From the NCBI GenBank assembly GCA_003344405.1, contig NOWV01000142.1:174112-194111 (forward strand): a DNA stretch of 20,000 nt, in the 5' to 3' direction. Positions within the stretch are counted from its first letter, which is position 1, and each line of letters begins with the position of its first letter. Positions 11,223-20,000 of the stretch are shown here, one piece after another. A program made the position numbers and the translations under genes. The DNA is from Trichoplax sp. H2 (lineage: Eukaryota). The notes beneath the pieces are model-generated. The model saw only the letters and a list, made by a program, of their open reading frames with translations. It was not told the origin of the DNA and ran no database searches.

Positions 11223-11474
11223 GTCTGGACATATTTTATTTGGCTTTGTATGATAAATGTATCCTGATTTTTGGACGCCCGGAAAGTCTGAACACATTTT
11301 ATGCGGCTATGTATGAAAAATGTGTCCAGATTTTTGGACACTCTTACGCCCGGAAAGTCGGGACACATTTTATTTGGCTTTGTATGAAAAGTGTGTCTAG
11401 ATTTTTGGACGCCCGGAAAGTCTGGACACATTTTATGCGGCTATGTATGAAAAATGTGTCCAGATTTTTGGACA
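11223..11474. repeat. Tandem repeat of 63-bp monomers in an ABAB higher-order arrangement (134-bp dimer), each monomer with an internal inverted repeat
   Basis: Units start at 11223, 11286, 11357 and 11420 (spacings 63, 71, 63). A units carry atttggctttgtatga and B units carry atgcggctatgtatga. The arms tctggacacatttt / aaaatgtgtccaga are perfectly complementary in unit 4 (11421-11434 vs 11451-11464). Confidence 0.92.
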
Positions 11475-11540
11475 TTCTTTTTCCTCATACTAAAGCTGTT
11501 AATCTAGTTTTTGCTGATATCATTCTGTCAATTCTAGAGC

Positions 11541-11765
11541 GTACTGTACAGTACAGTACTGTACGCAAGATCAAATACCGTACAGTATCTACTGTACAGT
11601 AGACTCTGTTTGCTGGCTGGTACTGTACTGTACACTGTGTGCAGTACTGCACAGTCATTGGACAATGGCAGCGTGAACTTCTTTCGCAAGTACAGTACTG
11701 TACCGTACCGTACTGTACCACACCGTACCGTACTGGACCGTATCGTACCGTACTGGACCGCACCG
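11541..11765. repeat. GTAC-rich palindromic simple repeats (TACTG/TACAG/TACCG pentamers)
   Basis: gtactgtacagtacagtactgtac at 11541 and a degenerate (ccgta)n tract at about 11690-11765. Confidence 0.85.
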
Positions 11766-11868
11766 ACAGGCGACAGGTCTGAAAGTTGACTCACAACGCG
11801 TATCAGAGTAGTCTTGAAATAAAAATAGAACCCAACCCGCCAAACGCCTTTACGCTAGTCATCGTCGT

Positions 11869-11937
11869 CCATCTTTTCTACATCAACTCCATTCTCCATC
11901 CATCTTTTCTACATCAACTCCATTCTCCATCCATCTT
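11869..11937. repeat. 31-bp exact tandem duplication (about 2.2 copies), pyrimidine-rich
   Basis: ccatcttttctacatcaactccattctccat at 11869 and 11900, with a partial third copy at 11931. Confidence 0.9.
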
Positions 11938-13693
11938 GCTCAATTCTCCATCATTGTCAGGAAAATTATCCCTTGGAATACAAGCCATTCTACAGCAACA
12001 TCCATCTATTCAACTTAGGATCATATTTGGGTGTCGGACTTTGAAGCTATTTTTCTCTTTGCTGTTGTAGCCAAGACTGCAACGTATTCAAAAAGTTGAC
12101 ACAAGTTCAGACTTGTACTGCATTCGTAGAAGCAAAAAAAATACTTTTCATCAACCTCAACGGAAAGGTATGTACAGGAGATTGCTTGGATGGATGTAGG
12201 TCCGATTGAAATATCGGACAATCGATTTTAATTTTTCAACGGAAAAGTCAGAAATTCATTGTACTGTAGTAGCAGTTGCACCATAGCGTAGTAATCGATA
12301 GTGATCATGTTTATTTTGTTGCAGCCTAAAAATAGCGATCAGTTTATCTTGACAGAGAAAAAAGGTTTTGTTAGCTGATTCAAAGTGAGAAAATACTTTA
12401 TTTTTAGTGATATGAAAGGGTCCAATTCAAACCGTTACCTCTATTCTTTTTAGCAAGCAAGGATTTACCAATACTGCAGCTAGCGTTAGCATCAGTATTT
12501 CCTTCAAAATTTGCATCATAATTGATGTCTAGTACTGTACAGCGTGAGCCTTTCGGATCGACATGTTTTCACTCTTTCCTGTTACACATTTACACGTACA
12601 TAGTAAATACGCGTATCGATCACTGTACACTAGAAACGCATGGAAATTTCAAAGTGTCGTCTTGTATCGTTCTGCTAACATAATTAACCTGATTGATGAA
12701 AACACAGTCATGATACTGTAAGTAGCTAGATGAAACCCTTTCTAATAAGAGAGCACTATCATACGATACCGATCGATTTTCATCTTAGCTCATCAACACT
12801 GTATCAAGCTGTAATGAGCTGCGTATCACCTTATTAGTGTTGGAATGCATTCTATCTTTGTAAATAGATATAGAAGTAGTTTGGTTAATATAGTACTCAT
12901 GTTGTCATCAATTAATAAGCCTTTAACCATATTCAATTCAATCATGTTAAACCACAAATTGTGACTACGTAGCCACTGTTTGCCAGCCTATTTATAGTCT
13001 ATATATTAAGTGGCATAAAGCGGCGATGATGTAGTGTCTTTCTTTAACACCATTACGTCATCCATACAAAAACTTTTCTCAGGAGGTAAGTAAACTTTGT
13101 AACTTTATATAGCCATCTCCATCGATCCTATCGTTCTAAAATTCGACACTGCCAGTCAGAATACCTAAACCCAACACTTTAAGAAAGGACTAAGTGGGAC
13201 GAAATTGATTCATTGATCAACACTAATGCCATATTAACTCTGCTCTAGTAAAATGGGTAATTTCTACTTCTGATCATTTTGCCGCATTATTTAAATCCCC
13301 TATTTTGTTTCCTTAATTGTAAAAAAAATGAAGGCTACACCAGGTTATCAATGTTTAGTAATTGTTCATCAACAGTACTACAAGTTACGCCATTACGTAC
13401 AAAAATTGTACGCCCTAAGTAATTGAATGTCAGAAACTAGAAAAAAAATGTCACCAATACAACAATTGATCACTCGGTATGATTCATCGTAGGCTAAAAA
13501 AAAAATAAATGACTGTAGATTTTACTTGGCGCCGGCAATATACGCCGATTCACTAATGTACGCGTACATACAACCTTCAAGTACAGTACTCGACATTTTT
13601 TTTTCAAATAAATTTAAATGTATGGCCGATTTCACTTATGTACTGATTACTCGTTCAATATCCTCAATTTTTTCTTCTTCATGCTTAATAGCT

Positions 13694-14809
13694 ATGGCTC
13701 ATGTAAAATCTGTTACATCAACACCTACTACAACAACTACCACCACTACTCAGTCATGTCCAAGACGAGAAGAAAATCTTCAGGAAATCGCCGCAGAATC
13801 CAAAAAATTATTTCTCGATTTCATTGCTGATAGATCAGCTAAAGATGGTCAGGATCAAGGATGCATATCGCAATTAACAAGGGAACATAATGAACTTCAA
13901 ATTGAACCGACGTCACCAACAATACAAGTAGCTAGGACTATTCGACAGATTGGAGACGAATTAGACTCTGATCCGCATCTAAATGGTTTACTTCATAAAC
14001 TACATGTTACATCATCAACAGCTTATAGTACATTTAGACGTGTAGCAATGAGAATATTTCAAGATGGGCAGTTCAACTGGGGACGAATTATTACCCTCTT
14101 CTTCTTTGGATATCGCTTAACTATACGTGTATTATCGGAATCCCCTATTGTTGAGATGATTATTAGTTGGATAGCGCGTTTTATCTACGAAATATGTTCA
14201 TTTTGGATTGCGGAATCTGGCGGTTGGGTACGTAAATAGAATAACTTTTTATTGTGTAATGATCCATTCCCTTCAATCCCTTTAAAATAAAACCATCGCG
14301 TCTTTCATTACAACAGTCCTGACGGACTGTTGGTGCGCGTCAACATATCAATGTTAAAATATCATTACAGCACTTTTATGTACAGTAGCTATGAGCACTT
14401 AATGGATTCAATTTCTCGTTTTACTTTAACTTGGATAGTATTGTTCTTGCCGTGATGCGGTATAACATTCTTTCATGAAGGCTAGCAATGGATTATGACT
14501 TACAATGATGCTCTTTGCGATTGTATCAGTTTTTAAAAATTGCTGTGATGTATCACCTTTTAAGACAAATTATTAAATTTAGTACGTTTTTTTGCCATTA
14601 AATCGAATTCTTCCGTTCCTCTGGATTGACGGTAATAACTTTCAACGCTTAATTGCTATACTCATTTCGATTTTTATCGTTACGAATAGGACGCTATAAC
14701 CCAATATATTCAACAAGCCGATTGGAAGAACAAGTATACACTCGGATTAATTGCTGTTGGTGTATTAGTGACGGCTTTTGTCACATGGCAACGATATAAC
14801 AGTAGCTAA
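13694..14809 (+). CDS. BAX: Apoptosis regulator Bax-like protein (multi-BH, C-terminal TM); exons 13694-14227 and 14690-14809 (217 aa)
   Basis: BH3 VARTIRQIGDELDSD, BH1 IFQDGQFNWGRIITLFFFGYRL, BH2 WIAESGGW|gtacgt (phase-0 intron). Acceptor gaatag| at 14689 gives DAITQYIQQADWKNKYTLGLIAVGVLVTAFVTWQRYNSS* (TM anchor). The ATG at 13694 lies just after an acceptor-like ttaatag| at 13691. Poly-Thr near the N-terminus. Confidence 0.9.
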
Positions 14810-17800
14810 ATCACTTTAAATGGTATTAGCAAATCCTTGTATTTATTGATAGCGAAAACTAAAATCTTGTCTAAGATTAGACTATTTGCTACTGTATTGT
14901 GGAAAATTTTTATTGTGTAATTGATGAAATAATTCACACTATCAAATTGCGAGGAAATATATTGTACTGCGATTTTGTAAATTCTTCATGAAATTTGTAT
15001 AAACGCTCTGTTAGATTTGTTTTACAATTTATATGGTATAATTTATTTCAAATGAAAAGGTAAGATTAAAACTCTGACGAAATTTAAAGTTATAGTTATA
15101 TATTACAAAGGAATCATCAATCGATCAAAGTGAATATGCTTCTTATAGTCTGCTTTTAATAGCGAACTCTACCATCCAGTCAGAGATTTGAATAAACTTA
15201 AAGGATATTAAAATCACCGTTGTTGCACATGATTATCTCTACTATTCAGGATATTCGTATATGCATACTATACAGGTTTACCACATGATGCCTATGACCA
15301 CTATTACAATGCGCAATACAGTAAGGGCAGCTACATCGAATTAGATTTTAATGATGTGATTTTAAGTAATACTGTAAAAACTATCCTAAATCCAACCAAG
15401 ATCGTCAGTAGACATGTACCATTCCATAAATGAATCTGATAAAAAGTTTAGAAATTTTATACCCTAGAAAAGAATTTATACTAGAAAAAATTTCTCTAAG
15501 CTGGATAATTTTACGTAATGAGCTAGTGAATTAACTAGGACAATGTCTCCTCTTATCTAACACGATGCTACCAAGACTGAATCTAATTGAACGTTAAATC
15601 TATGAAAACGCTAGATCGCCTAATTTATCCAAATTATCACAGTAAAAATTTTATTTATCTAACTACATCTAAAGTAAGTCTATTCAGGTATCATTAGGTT
15701 TTAAGATAGAAAGGATACGTCCAAAATAAGACATAGGTCTAACCATTTTGATCAATGTGTTAAGGAAAACAGGATTTGTCATGGTGTGAATTGATATACG
15801 CCGAAGGGCTCGATATTAAAAGCAGTTCAGAGTGATAGATTAAAAGTAAATTCAATTATATTAGCTCTTTTACATTCATACTTCAACTAAGCTAAACAAA
15901 TGAGTTACCGAATTGCAAATAGTAATTATTAGAAAGTCGCTATCACTGTAAAAGAAAATATTATGTTTCAAATTACAAAATTATACAAAGATGGTAGTAG
16001 TAACAATGAATGGCTATCATCAAACAAATAAGGAATGACACAGCAATCGTAGCTACTGATAAAATTGAATTAAGCAAGTTTATCAATATGATAATGGATA
16101 CAAATAATCCGCTAAAGATGCCATTAGTCCAAACTTCCGAGGATGATTGAAAGTACTTATTCCAGTCTTTTCCGGCTTTAAAATAAATTAATACCTAGAA
16201 GAAATCGTGCAAGATACTGGTATAACTATTTGCTATCTTTACTAATCCACCTGCTTGTAAGTAAAAAGTACAACAAATCAAGCGTTCAACATGTGTATAC
16301 ATTAGTGTGTAAAGACCTTGCTATATTCTAATTGAACTTTGTGAACACGCACAAAACTATTTAATAAATAACTCAACAACAATCCGTTTCGTAGCTATTC
16401 TACATTGTAATGGTATTATCGTCGAAAATAGAGCGAAAATCAATTTTTAGTCATCATATGTACAATGCTTAAATTAATTCTCAATGGAACTAAAACAGAG
16501 TCTCAGTAAAAGTATTTAATCTTATCCGAAAGAATCAAGCTTTAGGGCAAGAGCATGGGTATTGACTGTTATTTGTACTCATAGTATCTATATTGTAATT
16601 TAGCGTAAAGATGCAGATATTATTCAATTAATTCTACTTATTATTAATTGACAAGATAGGGAATACTAATGAAAGACAGGAAATACTGTAGATGAAACTA
16701 GACGTGTAAACAGAAATATATCCAATAGATCATGTGTTTCTGTCAGATCTGCTGTGAATACTTATTCGTTTACTTAGCAGAGTGCAGTATAGCAATAGAT
16801 TTAATCATCACTTTCGAAAATTGCAATTGAAATCTCTAACATTTTAAACAGACGTTATAGCAATTTATGTACAGAACAGGCATTACAAGTAACCAAATTA
16901 GGCAGTTACGTAAAGCACCGTTTCACTATGTTGGACCTACTGAAAGAAATAAGGAAGCAACCATGTAGAATAAGAAACCGCGAAATCCTGTCAGGCCTAA
17001 GATTCCAGCTGCAGTTCCACCTATACAGCTAACGGAAGTCCGACTGAAAGATAGAAAGAAATGAAACGATTAATTCCAGTAGCATTTTTGAATCAGCGTG
17101 AAAGTATCATAACTGCACGTTCAAATCGCTTCCTTCAATACTCTTAAGACTTCCTGCAGTCCATATCAAGATAATTAATTTCTTTATAGTGTACAGTAAT
17201 AACAGCGACTACTAAAGAGAAAAGAGATAATAGCCGTACATTGATCCACTATGCCTAGGTACAATAATGTAGTACAAGATATCTGAATTTTTGATGGATT
17301 GGATGTCGATTTGACGTCGGAAATGTATTACGATCCTATAGAAGATCGTCCTTCACTAGCAGTCATGAACGGCAATGACAGTTGTTTACTATAGGTAGAA
17401 ATGATTTCATTATATGTCAATTATTAATTCCTAATTGGATACAGCCTACATCTAGAGCACATTCCCTGCTCAAGCAATCTACTATCCTTCTATTAAGGAA
17501 GCACAGTGCAACATAAGCATGAACTTGAATTATACGTCATGTTATCTTGACCATAAACACCAAAATAATAAATAATCATAATCGATTCTGTAAGGTACTG
17601 TATAATGTACGCGTCCATACAATCTCGTGTTTTAATCTACATGTACCGTCATTGCAAGATATTGGACGGAGATTGCCTACTGCATTTTAATTACTTCTTG
17701 ACGATAGATCATGCAACATAAGATACTGCACAAATAAAAAGGAAAGGCTCCAAGGCTGATAGGATAAGCAATCAAGATTGAAGCTAATTTTGAATTCATT

Positions 17801-17904
17801 ATAATTATAATGATTGGTAACAGCCATAGCCCATCCAATACAAGATTTCATCTATAATTATGAACTACTGAACAACGAACGTCATGTGGCGTGTTGAATC
17901 TGGC

Positions 17905-18676
17905 TTCGCATAGACACCAATTGCATTTATGGAAATTTGAGTAAAAGATATCATGGTAAGGGCAAAATGCAGTAATTCAGTCAATCATCTAGTAAAAGTA
18001 TCCATTATACTGGCGATGACTATGCTATCATTGGAGAAGAACTAGTCGATTTGCTTATCCATGCAGCATCGAGTAACAATGAATACCACCAGATCGGTTC
18101 ACATAGACACCAATCGCATTTATGGAAATTTGAGCAAAAGATATCATAGTAAGGGCAAAATGCAGTAATTCAGTCAATCATCTAGTAAAAGTATCCATTA
18201 TACTGGCGATGACTATGCTATCATTGGAGAAGAACTATTCGATTTGCTTTTCCATGCAGCATGGAGTAACAATGAATATTATCCGATAGGTTCGCATGGA
18301 CACCTATTGCACTTATGGAAATTTGAGTAAAAGATATCATAGTAAGGGCAAAATACAGTAATTTAATCAATCATCTAGCAAAAGTATCCATCATACTGGC
18401 GATGACTATGCTATGATTGGAGAAGAACTAGTCGATTTGCTTATCCATGCAGCATCGAGTAACAATGAATACCTCCAGATAGGTTCGCATAGACACCAAT
18501 TGGATTGATGGAAATTTGAGTAAAAGATATCATGGTAAGGGCAAAATGCAGTAATACAGTCCATCATGTAGTAAAAGTGTCCATTATACTGGCGATGACT
18601 ATGCTATCATTGGAGAAGAACTAGTCGATTTGCTTATCCATGCAGCATCGAGTAACAATAAATACCATCAGAGAGG
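17905..18676. repeat. Satellite-like tandem array, 4 x 193 bp
   Basis: The marker (g)gaaatttgag recurs at 17931, 18124, 18317 and 18510, an exact 193-bp period. Copies differ only by scattered substitutions. The period is not a multiple of 3 and frames contain stops. Confidence 0.96.
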
Positions 18677-18698
18677 TTGGTATCACAAGTTGACTTAC

Positions 18699-19233
18699 TG
18701 CAATGCAATTATCCGTGTATTGCTGTATGTCGTATTTCATTGGTTAAGCGTGATTTAATGGCTAAAAGGATCATTCATCCATTATCATAGACTCACTTTG
18801 GAACTATAAATTGATCATCATATTATTATTTACAGCCTACTCATTTCAAAACTCACCAGTAATCGATGATTCCATTATTGGTAAAAATGGCAATCGGGTT
18901 TAAAGGCTCTTTTTCTGCAATATTCAACATCAATCATCATCATAAGTCAACGACAAAGTATGCCATATCCATGGACAATTACCACTAAGTTGAGTATTTT
19001 CCCTACACTACAGCAATCACGCCTAGCTAAGCGCTATCATCAGTCTTACCTTTCATTTTCCACCTAAATGATCCAAACGCAATCAATTTCCTTTCACTTT
19101 TTTCCTTTCTGCCTCTTTCTTCACCATTCACTTGCTGGAGTGGAGTTGATGGAGTAGGACGACGATGAAAGGTAAGAACTCCACTATAGTACCGTATGAA
19201 GCTGAGGTACTGTTTTAAGACAGTATCCTTCAA
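18699..19233 (-). other. Candidate spliced transcript without a long ORF (lncRNA, 5'UTR or pseudogene); exons ..19050, 18914-18857, 18761-18699
   Basis: Minus-strand donors AAG|GTAAGA (19049), CTG|GTGAGT (18856) and GCA|GTAAGT (18698) alternate with acceptors ATTGCAG| (18915) and CTTTTAG| (18762), giving introns of 135 and 95 bp. Confidence 0.4.
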
Positions 19234-19832
19234 TCGCCATCATCCGTTTATCTAGTCAGCAACACGTCTAGCCAAGCACAGTACAATGTACCGTATACAC
19301 GTACAGTACATCGGACTGTAGTATGGTGTAGACATGCGTAGTCAAATACTCCCTTGGTTGACAGAGAAGTGTCATCACGGTCTGGTTCGGTCCGGACCCG
19401 GACTCCACTCACGTTCTACATCATCTAGTACACAGTATAGGCAAGTGTAGAGTAGAGAACTTTTTTTTTAGAGACCCTTATACAGAGATCTCTTATCCAC
19501 GGTCTCTCCTGTGCACTATACAGTACGAGGGAAAAGGGCGATTCTGCAATCAAGACGAAAATGGAGCCTACTGGGCACACACTGTAGAGTAAAAGCATGG
19601 GTGATACATACTCGAATCAACTACACGAGCTGAAGATAGAATTTTGAGCATCAGATTGAGAGCTTAAAACATATCCCTGGTACACAGCAAGTCTACAAGC
19701 AGGGACTACTAGAAATCACTGCAGCGCAGTATAGTGTGCCTGTCAGCTCATTTGGATCATAGTGAAGCAATACAGACGTTCGTTACGCTTGAAGTGACCT
19801 AACAAATAACCGGCCTGCACATTTTCATCCTT

Positions 19833-19876
19833 CGGTACTGGTACTGGTATCGGTACCGGTACCGGTACCAGTGCCG
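19833..19876. repeat. Palindromic hexamer repeat (GGTACY)n with hairpin potential
   Basis: cggtactggtactggtatcggtaccggtaccggtaccagtgccg. Confidence 0.8.
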
Positions 19877-20000
19877 GGGTGCCTCTCCCACTCTCGGGTA
19901 AATAAAGATGACAGAGACTCTTTCATTCAAGAATTTTTCTTTCTTTTTAATTTTAGCACAGTAGTCTCTCGCATGATTGCACCGATTATGGCAATGATTT

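Noticed and set aside
11223-11474. CRISPR-like repeat-spacer appearance
   Set aside because: The intervening sequences alternate between two near-identical variants rather than being unique, the context is eukaryotic, and there are no cas genes.
11147-11843. Several overlapping ORFs (151, 80, 92, 86 and 62 aa)
   Set aside because: They are translations of the 63-bp tandem repeat and the GTAC microsatellite (VQYGTVRY-type low complexity), with no domain motifs.
13526-13693. N-terminal extension of the Bax ORF from the TTG start in the ORF track
   Set aside because: Non-ATG start in a eukaryote, and the region reads as an intron 3' end (pyrimidine tract plus TAG at 13691).
16925-17395. Coding-looking patch (e.g. 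KPRNPVRPKIPAAVPPIQLTEVRLK, DVDLTSEMYYDPIEDRPS)
   Set aside because: Multiple stops in all frames and no recognisable domain or element termini, so it cannot be supported beyond a possible decayed sequence.
18010-18065. BH3-like peptide DDYAIIGEELVDLL in the 193-bp repeat unit
   Set aside because: It lacks the conserved Leu and Asp of LxxxGD, the 193-bp period shifts frame each copy, and there is no ATG or plausible intron (gtaagg..ctag is only about 36 nt).

Overview
AT-rich eukaryotic (animal) genomic DNA with compact GT-AG introns. Gene content and style suggest an early-branching metazoan such as a placozoan (inference, unverified). Four genes are well supported. (1) A highly divergent Bcl-2-family gene (+, exons 1702-1935 and 2106-2240, 5' end unresolved). 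(2) An intronless N-terminal-TM plus single-C2 protein resembling synaptotagmin-14/16 C2A (+, 5497-6405). (3) A three-exon MutS1/MSH1-type mismatch-repair ATPase with a probable mitochondrial presequence and a bacterial-like C-terminal tail (-, 10152-6955). (4) A canonical Bax-like gene (+, 13694-14809). Non-genic features include a solo LTR with an intact 5-bp target-site duplication just behind gene 1, a hairpin-containing 63/71-bp dimeric repeat, a 4x193-bp satellite and GTAC-palindromic simple repeats. There are also chains of splice signals without a long ORF (candidate non-coding exons) and a candidate small two-exon membrane protein head-to-head with MSH1. No rRNA, tRNA or CRISPR array was seen.
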